Positions 45,124-55,037 of a stretch of 64,000 nt of DNA are shown one piece after another. The notes below the pieces were generated by a model. That model saw nothing but the letters and a program-made list of their open reading frames with translations. It was not told the DNA's origin and searched no databases. The DNA lies in contig JBAQNJ010000001.1 of the NCBI GenBank assembly GCA_049303675.1, positions 344,711 to 408,710 of the forward strand, written 5' to 3'. Position numbers and translations under genes: made by a program. This DNA comes from Microgenomates group bacterium (lineage in GTDB: Bacteria; Patescibacteriota; Microgenomatia; UBA12405). Each line of letters starts with the position of its first letter. Position 1 is the stretch's first letter.

Positions 45124-46081
45124 TCCCTTCAAAACAGCCCAAATTCGTTTAACTGTCCTTTACACTCTAATTTTCGGAGTCCTTGTTCTTATTCTCAGCC
45201 TCTTTCTCTATAAATTATTTGCCGCTGATATCCACGAAGACATGGTTTCAATTTATGGAGACACCGCTTCCAGTATTGACATTATTAATCAGCACAAAAT
45301 TCCCTTACGCAATTATCTAATTAAATTAGATTTAGGAATAATGCTCTTCATAATTGTCGTTAGTTATTATTTATCTCAGTTCACACTTCGTCCCATTCAG
45401 CTTAATTACGAAGCCGAAAAGCGGTTTATCACCAATGCTTCCCACGAGCTTCGCACCCCCCTAGCCATACTCCGGTCCGATATCGAAGTTAGTCTTCTCG
45501 ACCGTCATTTTCCCCGCTCACTTCGACCCAGTTATCTTAGTTTTCTCGATGAAATCGACAATATGAAGTTAATTATTGAAAACATGTTAATGCTTTTTCG
45601 TTTTGAGAGTCGACAAATAGTTCTCCATCCCGAAAAAGTATCACTCTCCCTATTGTTAAAACAGGACATCAAACGACTAAATTCTTATGCCCTGACCCAT
45701 GGAATAATTATCAATTCTCATCTTGAATCTCGGGTATATTGTCATTTGGACAAATTTTTTATCGATATCGCTCTTCGCAACATCATTAAAAACGCCATCG
45801 AATATTCACAAAAGGGAGGTTCTGTCACCATTACCCTTTCCAAAATCAAACACCATGTTTCAGTTGTCGTCACAGATTGTGGTATCGGCATCCCTCCAGA
45901 AGTTTTACACGATATCTACAACCGATTCCAACGTAGCCGTGTTTCTAGTACCAAGAGAAAAGAAGGTTTGGGTTTGGGGCTCTCCATCGTCAAACAAATT
46001 GTCGATCTCCATCATGGCACAATAAATATTACTAGCCAAGAATCAGTTGGTACCACTGTCACTCTCGACCTTAGCTGTTAA
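45071..46081 (+). CDS. sensor histidine kinase (true start probably downstream of the 52-nt overlap with the response regulator ORF)
   Basis: H-box ASHELRTPL, N-box NAIEYS, G-boxes DCGIGIP and GLGLGLSIV. Confidence 0.8.
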   Translation: MIKLSKLFVAPAIESTTNPFKTAQIRLTVLYTLIFGVLVLILSLFLYKLFAADIHEDMVSIYGDTASSIDIINQHKIPLRNYLIKLDLGIMLFIIVVSYYLSQFTLRPIQLNYEAEKRFITNASHELRTPLAILRSDIEVSLLDRHFPRSLRPSYLSFLDEIDNMKLIIENMLMLFRFESRQIVLHPEKVSLSLLLKQDIKRLNSYALTHGIIINSHLESRVYCHLDKFFIDIALRNIIKNAIEYSQKGGSVTITLSKIKHHVSVVVTDCGIGIPPEVLHDIYNRFQRSRVSSTKRKEGLGLGLSIVKQIVDLHHGTINITSQESVGTTVTLDLSC

Positions 46082-46097
46082 GGTGATATTATTAATT

Positions 46098-46856
46098 ATG
46101 AAATTAACTGACAAAGTCGCCATTGTTACTGGTGCCGCTAGCGGCATGGGACTAGCCATTGCCAAATTGTATGCCCTTGAGGGAGCCAAGGTTATCGTTT
46201 CCGATATAGATAAAGAGGGAGTTGAAGCAGTAGTCGCCGAAATAAATTCAGCTGGCGGGCAGGCCACTGGTGTAGTTGCCAATGTTGCCGTTCAGTCAGA
46301 TGTCGACAATTTAGTTGATACTGCAGTCAAAACTTATGGCACACTAGATATATTGGTAAATAACGCCGGTATTATGGATAATTTCATGCCTGTCGACAAA
46401 GTCACCGATGATCTCTGGGACAAAATAATTGCTGTCAACACTACTGGTCCAATGCGGACAATTCGCAAATCAATGCCTATATTTTTGGACAAAAAGTCTG
46501 GCGTGATTATCAACATCAGTTCAATTGGTGGACTTATGGGATCACGAGCTGGTGCCGCCTACACCACTTCCAAATTTGCCCTAATTGGCCTCACCAAAAA
46601 CATTGGTTTCCAATATGCCTCTACCGGTATCCGTTGCAATGGCATTGCCCCAGGTGGTGTCAATACCAATATTGGTAAAACTATCAACAACCCCGACAAA
46701 TTTGGAATGGAGCGCGCTACCTCAGGCTCAGCCAACAATATTCGTATGGGTGAACCCGAGGAAATTGCCCAAGTCGCCCTATTTTTGGCCTCTGCCGATT
46801 CTAGTTTGGTCAATGGCACGATTATTACTGCCGATGCTGGTTGGACGGCGTATTAA
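46098..46856 (+). CDS. short-chain dehydrogenase/reductase (FabG-like)
   Basis: TGAASGMGLAIA cofactor motif, NNAG, S...YxxxK catalytic tetrad (YTTSK). Confidence 0.8.
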   Translation: MKLTDKVAIVTGAASGMGLAIAKLYALEGAKVIVSDIDKEGVEAVVAEINSAGGQATGVVANVAVQSDVDNLVDTAVKTYGTLDILVNNAGIMDNFMPVDKVTDDLWDKIIAVNTTGPMRTIRKSMPIFLDKKSGVIINISSIGGLMGSRAGAAYTTSKFALIGLTKNIGFQYASTGIRCNGIAPGGVNTNIGKTINNPDKFGMERATSGSANNIRMGEPEEIAQVALFLASADSSLVNGTIITADAGWTAY

Positions 46857-47645
46857 TTTCCTTTGGCTTTCTCCGAGGATTTTCTGGCAGCTCTTATACA
46901 ACAATAGCCATTTATCAAAACTCAATTCAGTTGGTTTTACCTCACCGATCTTCAGCATTTTTTGGATATTTTTTCTCTGGTCATAGGTCAAGACTTTTTT
47001 GTATGACTCCATAACTGTCGGTGCCCAAGCAGCAAATCCATAGTTGACAAAATGTCTAAAAAATATTTTATCCTCATCCTTGATAAAGGCACTTTGTCTT
47101 TTAACAAACTTGACAAACACAATTTTTATTTGGGGTTTTAGGGTAAAATTTGTTCGATCAATTTGTCCTAAAACTTCTATCTCAAACCATGGTTTGGTCA
47201 ATATCGACGACTTTGTTTCATGGGGTATACCCGCAAACTTCTCAGCAGTTTCTTTTTGCATTATCAGATACATTTCTTCCGGTAAATTAGGACTAGTTAA
47301 TATCTTGTTCATTATTTCGGCTGTTATTGAAAAGGGGATATTGGCAAAAATCTTATATTTTTCCTTAGGCAATTCGTAGTCCAAAAAATCAATACATATC
47401 GCCCCATATTTTTGGGCCAACTCCGGATCTTTTTCAATAGCAATTACATTGTCGACTACTTTTCTTAGCTCGTTGGTAATAATATTTTTCCCCGATCCAA
47501 TTTCAATAACCAGATCTTCTTTTTTCAAATCCGCAGCAGCAATCAGTTCCGACACCAGTCCCCTGTATTTTATAAAATTTTGACCCAGAGAGTTTTTATC
47601 ATGATAGACCATATTATGGCTCTGGCGGCAGGAATTCTTCTCCAT
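46779..47645 (-). CDS. rRNA adenine N6-dimethyltransferase family (Erm/KsgA-like)
   Basis: GQNFI, EIGSGKNIIT (SAM motif I), IFANIPFSIT (motif IV), YLIMQKE; overall order matches ErmC/KsgA. Confidence 0.6.
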   Translation of the reverse strand: MEKNSCRQSHNMVYHDKNSLGQNFIKYRGLVSELIAAADLKKEDLVIEIGSGKNIITNELRKVVDNVIAIEKDPELAQKYGAICIDFLDYELPKEKYKIFANIPFSITAEIMNKILTSPNLPEEMYLIMQKETAEKFAGIPHETKSSILTKPWFEIEVLGQIDRTNFTLKPQIKIVFVKFVKRQSAFIKDEDKIFFRHFVNYGFAAWAPTVMESYKKVLTYDQRKNIQKMLKIGEVKPTELSFDKWLLLYKSCQKILGESQRKLIRRPTSIGSNNRAIDQTRIGRGQK

Positions 47646-48138
47646 TATCCGACACAGTTTCTCCCGCCTTCAGCCACAGAATATAGTCGCATCCAGTCGC
47701 TTTTTTCGCCTCACGATCCCAGCCACTAGTTGAACATTTTTTCATCCTCTTCCCTGCTGCCGTGGTAAATAGTACTAGTGGCTCACCACACTTGGGACAT
47801 TTCTCATCGAGTTTTTCAGTTGACCCGTTTATCCATTCGACATAGTCGCATCCAGTCGCTTTTTTGGCTTCTTTGTCCCAGCCTCCAGCGCTGCATTTTT
47901 TCATTTTTTTACCAAAACGAGTTACTTGAAGTATCAAGCTTGCCCCACATTTGGGACATTTTTCATCGAGAGTTTCTGGTTCTACCTCCAGCCATTTTAC
48001 GTATTCGCAGCCTTCATTTTTGTGTGTCTGGGGATTCCAGCTACCAGCACTACAACGTTGTAGTTTCCGGCCGGTGGCCGTAGTAGTAATCTCTCCGAGT
48101 TGCGCCCCGCATTTGGGACATTTTTCTTCTGTTGTCAT
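47614..48138 (-). CDS. protein of three tandem topoisomerase-type C4 zinc-ribbon repeats
   Basis: EKCPKCGxxL...KKCSxxGWxxEAKKATGCDY repeated three times with about 52-aa periodicity. Confidence 0.5.
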   Translation of the reverse strand: MTTEEKCPKCGAQLGEITTTATGRKLQRCSAGSWNPQTHKNEGCEYVKWLEVEPETLDEKCPKCGASLILQVTRFGKKMKKCSAGGWDKEAKKATGCDYVEWINGSTEKLDEKCPKCGEPLVLFTTAAGKRMKKCSTSGWDREAKKATGCDYILWLKAGETVSDNGEEFLPPEP

Positions 48139-48157
48139 ATGTTATCTATACTAACAT

Positions 48158-48469
48158 CTATTTAATTATTTTTATCCCTCTAATTCCCCACAGCAAGAAT
48201 CCAATAATAATTATTTTAATTAAATAATGATTGCTTGGATCCAAAAAATCTTTGGTCATTTGAGTTTTGTTACCGATTAGTAGATGTACTATGATTGATG
48301 TTGGCAGTGTCAAAAACAACCAATTAATTTTAGGTATATCAATATTTATTTTTCGAAAAAGCCAAGACAGTGCAGGGGATAATAGATATATTCCTATAAA
48401 TGAGACTATCAAGTCAAAAACGGCATAATTCCCAATTCTAAATTGTCGCAAAGTTTCAATATTTATCAT
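48158..48469 (-). CDS. hypothetical small membrane protein
   Basis: 103 aa ORF. Confidence 0.25.
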   Translation of the reverse strand: MINIETLRQFRIGNYAVFDLIVSFIGIYLLSPALSWLFRKINIDIPKINWLFLTLPTSIIVHLLIGNKTQMTKDFLDPSNHYLIKIIIIGFLLWGIRGIKIIK

Positions 48470-48489
48470 ATATCTGGTATAAAGATACC

Positions 48490-49809
48490 ATGTCCTACTC
48501 CACTCCCTCCCTCAATCTTCAGGAACTGGATGTCAGCGGGATCAGTTTGAGTACTGAGCAGCAAAAACTTTTTTCTCGATTTGAAAACACCACTTCGCAT
48601 ATGTTTATTACCGGCAAGGCTGGTACTGGCAAATCAGTTCTCCTCCAATACATAAAGTTACATACTCAAAAAAACATTATTGTCGTGGCTCCGACAGGTG
48701 TGGCTGCCCTCAATGTCGGTGGCCAGACCATCCACTCTCTTTTTATGTTCCCCCCCAGTTTTATTGATACTCGCAGTTTGCGACTATTACCCAAAACTTC
48801 CAAAATTCTCAAGCACATTGATACCCTAGTTATCGACGAAGTCAGTATGGTGCGCGCCGATTTGATGGATGGTATAGATTATTTACTCCAAAAAGCCCGT
48901 GGCAATAGCGACGCTTTTGGTGGGGTCCAGTTACTTATGTTTGGTGACCTCTATCAGCTCCCGCCGGTAGTCAACGAGCCTCAATTAATTAGTTATTTTC
49001 ATGAACTAAACGGTGGTTATTATTTTTTTAATTCTCTCGCTTGGAACGGTGCCGATTTGGAAATATATGAACTAACCCAAAACTTTCGTCAAACTGAAGA
49101 AAATTTTAAAAATATTTTAAACTCCCTTCGTCAGGGCGACATCTCCGAGTCACTTTTGTCTCTTCTCAATGCCCGTGTCAACTCCTCTCCGCCTTCGTCC
49201 GGAGTTATTACCCTCGCCACCACCAACTCCACCGTTTTTGACATCAACCACACCCGACTCAATTCACTTATCGACCAGGCTCATGCTTATCAAGCAGTTA
49301 TCACTGGCCAGCTAGACGCTGCCCTTTATCCAACTGAGAGCTCCCTAATTTTGAAAAAGGGCGCCCAAATCATGATGCTCAAAAACGACTCCAAAAAACG
49401 CTGGGTCAATGGCTCCCTCGGGATTATCGAGTCGGTTAGTAGTCACGAAATCACCGTCAAAATAGATAACAATATTTATTCAGTTTTACCCGAGACATGG
49501 AACAAAATTCGCTATACTTTTAATAATGACAAAAAACAAATCGAAGAAGAAATTATTAGTAGTTTTACTCAGTATCCTCTTCGATTGGCTTGGGCTATTA
49601 CGGTACACAAGTCACAGGGGCAGACCTATGATTCAGTCATAATCGACATGGGTCGTGGGGCTTTTGCTCATGGCCAAACCTATGTGGCCCTGTCTCGCTG
49701 CAAGAGTTTAGAGACTCTTCATTTGCTCCGTCCTTTGACCTATCAAGACATTATTATTGACCCCGCCATCATCAACTTTATGAAAAAAGCCAATATCAAT
49801 CAACTCTAA
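48490..49809 (+). CDS. Pif1/RecD-family 5'-3' DNA helicase
   Basis: GKAGTGKS (Walker A), APTGVAALNVGGQTIHS, LVIDEVSMV, FGGVQLLMFGDLYQLPPV (Pif1 signature). Confidence 0.7.
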   Translation: MSYSTPSLNLQELDVSGISLSTEQQKLFSRFENTTSHMFITGKAGTGKSVLLQYIKLHTQKNIIVVAPTGVAALNVGGQTIHSLFMFPPSFIDTRSLRLLPKTSKILKHIDTLVIDEVSMVRADLMDGIDYLLQKARGNSDAFGGVQLLMFGDLYQLPPVVNEPQLISYFHELNGGYYFFNSLAWNGADLEIYELTQNFRQTEENFKNILNSLRQGDISESLLSLLNARVNSSPPSSGVITLATTNSTVFDINHTRLNSLIDQAHAYQAVITGQLDAALYPTESSLILKKGAQIMMLKNDSKKRWVNGSLGIIESVSSHEITVKIDNNIYSVLPETWNKIRYTFNNDKKQIEEEIISSFTQYPLRLAWAITVHKSQGQTYDSVIIDMGRGAFAHGQTYVALSRCKSLETLHLLRPLTYQDIIIDPAIINFMKKANINQL

Positions 49810-50063
49810 CTTTTTTTTGGTCTAAATCCGATAGTTCTCAATTTAAATTCAGTTCTAGATCTTAGACCTATTTCTCGGGTCACTTCGGCCTGCATCGCCA
49901 CTACCTGGCTATTTACCATGGCAATTTTCTCTGCTGTGTTTATCCCGAATTCCCCATACACCTTTATTAAGGTATCCATATCTTCCTCAGTTCCCTGCAA
50001 TTTTTCCGTATTGTAGAGCATTAGTATTTTATCTGCCGCTGCCGCTATTTCATTCCCCGCCAT
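49806..50063 (-). CDS. hypothetical protein
   Basis: 85 aa ORF. Confidence 0.3.
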   Translation of the reverse strand: MAGNEIAAAADKILMLYNTEKLQGTEEDMDTLIKVYGEFGINTAEKIAMVNSQVVAMQAEVTREIGLRSRTEFKLRTIGFRPKKS

Positions 50064-50092
50064 AGATTATTTTAGAGTATTATTTTTATATT

Positions 50093-50665
50093 ATGTTATC
50101 CAACTTAGCTCTCATTAACTTTTTATTCTATCTGGCCTATGTTTTCTTAATTACCATTGTCGGATTGGTCATCAAGTTTGACTTCTTTACCCTTAGAATC
50201 GGCAACTTGTTTGGACAAGTGGCTGTGGCTTTTTACATCCTGACCCTACTATCAGGTATTTTTCGTCGGCTCAATTATAACTTTACCCCCATCAATCTTC
50301 TTCGTCTTTATCGCCGCCACTTGGGTATCTCCATGTTTCTCTGTGCCCTGTCTCACCTCATCCTCGTCAAACTCGGTTCATTCCAGACTATCTCCGCTAT
50401 TTTTTATCAAAACCCAGCTGATTTATTTGGGTCTTTAGCCGTATTATTGTCTCTACTTTTATTTATTACTTCCAATGATTATAGTCAGCGATTATTAAAA
50501 ACCTTTTGGTTTGTTCTCCATCGCCTCACTTATATTATTATGTTTTTTATTTTTCTCCATCTGGCTCTACTCGGCTCACTCAAATGGTCTGGCCTCTTTT
50601 TAGTGGTTATCGCCCTTGAAATTATTTCCTATTTAGTTAATTTTCACTCTTCTCCAAAATCATGA
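50093..50665 (+). CDS. ferric-reductase-type transmembrane heme-binding domain protein (MsrQ/YedZ-like)
   Basis: Two bis-His TM helices (H-x13-H and H-x12-H) in a 6-TM protein. Confidence 0.4.
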   Translation: MLSNLALINFLFYLAYVFLITIVGLVIKFDFFTLRIGNLFGQVAVAFYILTLLSGIFRRLNYNFTPINLLRLYRRHLGISMFLCALSHLILVKLGSFQTISAIFYQNPADLFGSLAVLLSLLLFITSNDYSQRLLKTFWFVLHRLTYIIMFFIFLHLALLGSLKWSGLFLVVIALEIISYLVNFHSSPKS

Positions 50666-51327
50666 AAACACTTTTTATATCCGGCGGTAGTCGGGGGATA
50701 GGTAGAGCCACTGTAAAGTACTTTTTATCAAAATCATGGCAAGTGATTACCACTTCCACCAGTGGTCGGCTCGACTATGTTGACACCGACTTAACCTGCA
50801 TTAAATTTGATCTTGGTGATAAAAATTCTCTTGAAAATTTAATAGCCACTCTCAGAGATTCATCAGTAAAAATTGACTGTCTTATCAATAATGCTTGGTG
50901 GTCCACCGGTCGTACTCAGGAGCAGGATATCGATATTCACCGATTGCAAGAAGTCCTCTCAGTTAACTTAGTTGGGACAATTAACTTAACTCAAAGATTA
51001 TTGTCTACACTCAAAGACGACTCAATAATAATCAATATATCCTCTGAGTACGGATCTTTAACTGAAGATTGGGGCTTTGTCTCTCCCTCATATAGGATAG
51101 CCAAGGCAGGCATCAACATGTTTACTCGTAACCTCTATAAACACGAAAGTTTGGTAAAAAGAAAGATAAAAGTTTATAGCTTTGACCCAGGGTGGGTCAA
51201 AACTGACATGGGTGGTCCGGAGGCTCCTCGTGATCCATCAGAGCCAGCCAAAGAATTATTTGATCTTGCCAATTCCAATCTAGCCTCCGGCGAATTTTAT
51301 CGTGGTTTAGTCAAAAGAGATTGGTGA
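50662..51327 (+). CDS. short-chain dehydrogenase/reductase
   Basis: ISGGSRGIGRA, NNAW, S...YRIAK. Confidence 0.7.
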   Translation: MKTLFISGGSRGIGRATVKYFLSKSWQVITTSTSGRLDYVDTDLTCIKFDLGDKNSLENLIATLRDSSVKIDCLINNAWWSTGRTQEQDIDIHRLQEVLSVNLVGTINLTQRLLSTLKDDSIIINISSEYGSLTEDWGFVSPSYRIAKAGINMFTRNLYKHESLVKRKIKVYSFDPGWVKTDMGGPEAPRDPSEPAKELFDLANSNLASGEFYRGLVKRDW

Positions 51328-51584
51328 TTTAACTAACCTTTAGTATCCCCACGTTTTTTCGCTTTCGTGATCTTACTACCCCAACGGGTGCCAATATTAT
51401 TACTCCCTTATCCAACAACTCTATAGCCTCCGCGTTGTCTTCTATCTTTACTTCCTTCTTAACCACCATCGTTTCTATTTTCATAAGCCATCATATCACC
51501 AACTCCGGAAATAATCTTTCTTTTCCGCTATAATATAGGTACTGATATCACAAAGCCACGTATCTTTTTGTAAATTTTGATTTT

Positions 51585-52718
51585 GTGCCTCACCGAGTTA
51601 TGACCAAGTTGACCAGTTTTGATGTTCTCATCGTCTATTCCCAGCACTTAGCCCGCAGTGCCAGTGACACTCCCCGTTCACTTGCCCCATTTGCTCGTGG
51701 ATCCAGCAACGAATCATACAATATAGTCTATAGTTATTTTTTGCAGAGTTGTGCTGCTGCCAATCTCTCGGCTGCCTTCACCACTTCGGCCGATATTATT
51801 GGCCCTGGTTTTTGCAAGAGCTATTGGACCTTCAAAGACAATACCTGGCACAAGGTAAATTCCCCTTGTTACGCCTCACTTATCTTCGACAAATTTTCTC
51901 CGACCAGTATTGGTATCAAAAACCGTCGCCAGTTATTATTCTCCGAAAAAACCATTAAACCATTCAACGACCCCCAGTTATTCAATATGTTTTTTGACAA
52001 ACAAAAAACCTTCGATAAATTAGCCGATTTTGCCATACCCACTATCACTCTTGATCAAAACAGCCAGCAAACAATTAGCGCCAGTTGTCAGGCTATGTCC
52101 GATCTGATGAGTACCTATTCAGGTAACGGCGATTTTACCACCGACATAATTATGAAAGACCGTTTCGGTGCCGGTGGCCGCCGAGTTTTCAAATTCAAGA
52201 CTGGTGATTCTGCTAAAATGATGTCCGTAGTCGACCGCAATACCAAAATCTCTTATATTATTCAGCCATTTGCCAAATTTGATCAAGGCTACAAATATCA
52301 AGACACTCCAGTTTCCACCGATATTAGACTGGTTTATTTAAAAGGCCAGATAGTCCAATCTTACATTCGCACTGCTAAGGCAGGAGACTTCCGTTGCAAC
52401 GAGCATCAAGGCGGAACTCTTACTTATCTTGATATTTCTCACCTCCCCACCTCGCTTCTTCAAAAATCAGCCAAAATAGCTGCATTCCTTGGCAATACCT
52501 GTTCACTTTTTTCCCTCGACTTTATTATTACCAATAGTGGCAACAGCTATCTATTAGAAGGCAATACTGGTCCTGGATTGGACTGGAATCTCAACTTACC
52601 TCAAAACGAAATAGAAGCCAAAAAATTAATTCGACTTGTAGTCAATGAATTATCTTCCCGTGCTATATTATCTTATGAACAAAATCATTCCCCGTCTCGA
52701 GTGGGAGTCAAAGTATAG
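51585..52718 (+). CDS. hypothetical protein, possibly ATP-grasp fold
   Basis: 377 aa; weak ATP-grasp-like segments (DRFGAGGRRVF, EGNTGPG). Confidence 0.3.
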   Translation: MPHRVMTKLTSFDVLIVYSQHLARSASDTPRSLAPFARGSSNESYNIVYSYFLQSCAAANLSAAFTTSADIIGPGFCKSYWTFKDNTWHKVNSPCYASLIFDKFSPTSIGIKNRRQLLFSEKTIKPFNDPQLFNMFFDKQKTFDKLADFAIPTITLDQNSQQTISASCQAMSDLMSTYSGNGDFTTDIIMKDRFGAGGRRVFKFKTGDSAKMMSVVDRNTKISYIIQPFAKFDQGYKYQDTPVSTDIRLVYLKGQIVQSYIRTAKAGDFRCNEHQGGTLTYLDISHLPTSLLQKSAKIAAFLGNTCSLFSLDFIITNSGNSYLLEGNTGPGLDWNLNLPQNEIEAKKLIRLVVNELSSRAILSYEQNHSPSRVGVKV

Positions 52719-53094
52719 TGTCGGTGTCAAAGTTATCGACGACCAGCATCAAAAGATGTTTGCCACCATTAATTCACTCATCTCCACCATCAACACCATG
52801 CCCACCAAAGATGAAGTAATGAAGATAATCACTTCACTAATAGAATACAAAAAGTTCCACTTTGCCACCGAAGAAAAATACTTTACCGAATTTAATTATG
52901 AGGGTGCAGCCGACCATATTGCTCAACACCAAGAATTTACAAAAAAATTATCCGCCATCCAGCAACAAGCCGGTGATGACTATCTTCTATTGGCCTTCGA
53001 GCTAGTTGATTTTCTCGAAGACTGGTTAATCGGTCATCTTCAGACTTCAGACCGACTCTACATAGATTGTTTCCTCTCCCATGGTTTAAAATAA
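52675..53094 (+). CDS. hemerythrin-like metal-binding protein
   Basis: EWESKYSVGVKVIDDQHQKMF...H...EE...H...HL pattern. Confidence 0.55.
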   Translation: MNKIIPRLEWESKYSVGVKVIDDQHQKMFATINSLISTINTMPTKDEVMKIITSLIEYKKFHFATEEKYFTEFNYEGAADHIAQHQEFTKKLSAIQQQAGDDYLLLAFELVDFLEDWLIGHLQTSDRLYIDCFLSHGLK

Positions 53095-53097
53095 ACT

Positions 53098-55014
53098 GTG
53101 GATCTTCAAAAATTATTTTATCCTGAAACTATTGCCCTGATCGGCGCTTCCGACAAAGTTGGCACTGTTGGTCACGCCCTCGTCACCAACTTATCTACCT
53201 TCAAAACCGTCTTTTATGTCAACCCTTATATTCCTCGTATCAACAATCAGTCCTGCTATGCCAAAATTGCCGATATTAGCAAGGATATTGATTTGGCCAT
53301 TATTGCCGTCCCCGCCAAAATAGTCCCGCTTCTAGTTGAGGAAGTGGCTCAAAAAGGTACCAAAAATATTATTATTCTCTCTTCTGGTTTTCGTGAAATT
53401 GGCCGCACCGATCTCGAGGATCTAGTCAAACTTATTTGCCAAAAAAATAATATCAACTTATTGGGACCAAATTGTCTTGGACTCGTCAATCCAAAAATAA
53501 GCCTTAATGCTACTTTTTCTAATACTATGCCTCTGCTTGGGCCAGTTGGTTTTGTCTCTCAAAGTGGCGCTCTTTGCGCCTCAATCATCGAATATTCACC
53601 AAAACTAAACATCGGCTATTCCCAGTTTGTTAGTCTTGGCAACAAAACTATTATCAATGAAAACCAAATTCTCGAATATTTTGAAACAGACCCCTCCACC
53701 AAAATAATTGCTGTTTATACCGAGCAGTTAATTTCCCCCTCTCAGCTTTTTCATCTCACCAAGCCAGTGATTGTCTTAAAATCAGGGACTACTTCTGCCG
53801 GTCAGGCCGCGGCCAAATCCCACACTGGCGCCATTTCCGGCACCGATTCGGCCTATGAGGCATTATTTGCCCAAACTGGGGCAATTCGAGCCAATTCAAT
53901 TAGTGATTTTATCAATTTCCAATCAATATTTTGCACCAATGAGTTACCCAGAGGCAACCGTTTGTCCATCATTACCAATGCTGGTGGTGTCGGAGTCATT
54001 GCGGCTGATGCCGCCATTAAGAATAATTTAATTGTCGACCATGTCACTGATTTATTAGGTGATGCCACCCCCGAAAAATACTCTCTTGCCCTAGTCCAAA
54101 ACAATTCAGATTCTATTCTGGTTATTCTCACCCCCCAGTCAGTGACCCAAGTGGCAGAAACAGCCCAAGTAATAATTGATTTTCATAAAAACTCTCATGT
54201 CCCATTAGTTGTCTGTTTCCTCGGTGGTGATTCAGTCGACCAATCTATCAAACTCCTGCGTCAACACCATATTTGTGTCATCGACTATCCCGAGGCAGCT
54301 GTTGCTGCGATTGGCGCCCTAACTAGTTATTCTCTGTTTTATAAACAGCCACCCAAAATAAATTTTGAAAAATTTGATATTGTTCCCAGTAAAAATCTTT
54401 TAGAATCATACGGACTTCCAGCAATTTCTAGTTATCTAGCCTCCACTGTCGACGCAGCCAGTGAATACGTCAAAAATAAGACTGGTAAATTTGTCCTCAA
54501 AATTTCTTCACCTGATATTCTCCACAAAAGCGATGTCGGCGGAGTCATCCTCGACGTTGATTCGGCCAATCTGTCTCTCGAGTATCAAAAATTATTAGAT
54601 CATATCGGTGCTCTTCGGCCTGACGCCAAAATCGACGGCATTCTTATTGAGCCAATGTTAGACAGAACCAATAGCCTAGAACTAATTATTGGTGCCACCA
54701 CGGATCCTTCTCTTGGACATATTATTATGGTCGGCTATGGTGGTATTTACACTGAAGTTCTTGCTGATGTCGCCTTTGGTGTTGTTCCCCTCACTCGTAC
54801 CGATGCCTATAATCTGATTAGTCAGTTAAAAGTCAAAAAAATCCTCGATGGAGTTCGTGGTAGACCTCACTTAGATATCGAATCAGTGGTTGATTGTCTT
54901 GGCCGGCTATCCCAGTTGTTAGTTGATCATCCTGAAATTAGCGAATTAGATATCAACCCGCTTCTTGTTTCCGAGCATGGTAGTCAAATTTTAGATTATC
55001 GTATTCTCAAATAA
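53098..55014 (+). CDS. acetate--CoA ligase (ADP-forming), fused alpha/beta
   Basis: N-terminal CoA-binding domain (IALIGASDKVG), succinyl-CoA-synthetase-like flavodoxin domain, C-terminal ATP-grasp; 638 aa. Confidence 0.75.
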   Translation: MDLQKLFYPETIALIGASDKVGTVGHALVTNLSTFKTVFYVNPYIPRINNQSCYAKIADISKDIDLAIIAVPAKIVPLLVEEVAQKGTKNIIILSSGFREIGRTDLEDLVKLICQKNNINLLGPNCLGLVNPKISLNATFSNTMPLLGPVGFVSQSGALCASIIEYSPKLNIGYSQFVSLGNKTIINENQILEYFETDPSTKIIAVYTEQLISPSQLFHLTKPVIVLKSGTTSAGQAAAKSHTGAISGTDSAYEALFAQTGAIRANSISDFINFQSIFCTNELPRGNRLSIITNAGGVGVIAADAAIKNNLIVDHVTDLLGDATPEKYSLALVQNNSDSILVILTPQSVTQVAETAQVIIDFHKNSHVPLVVCFLGGDSVDQSIKLLRQHHICVIDYPEAAVAAIGALTSYSLFYKQPPKINFEKFDIVPSKNLLESYGLPAISSYLASTVDAASEYVKNKTGKFVLKISSPDILHKSDVGGVILDVDSANLSLEYQKLLDHIGALRPDAKIDGILIEPMLDRTNSLELIIGATTDPSLGHIIMVGYGGIYTEVLADVAFGVVPLTRTDAYNLISQLKVKKILDGVRGRPHLDIESVVDCLGRLSQLLVDHPEISELDINPLLVSEHGSQILDYRILK

Positions 55015-55037
55015 TTTAATCTACTTTTAATGTCATT

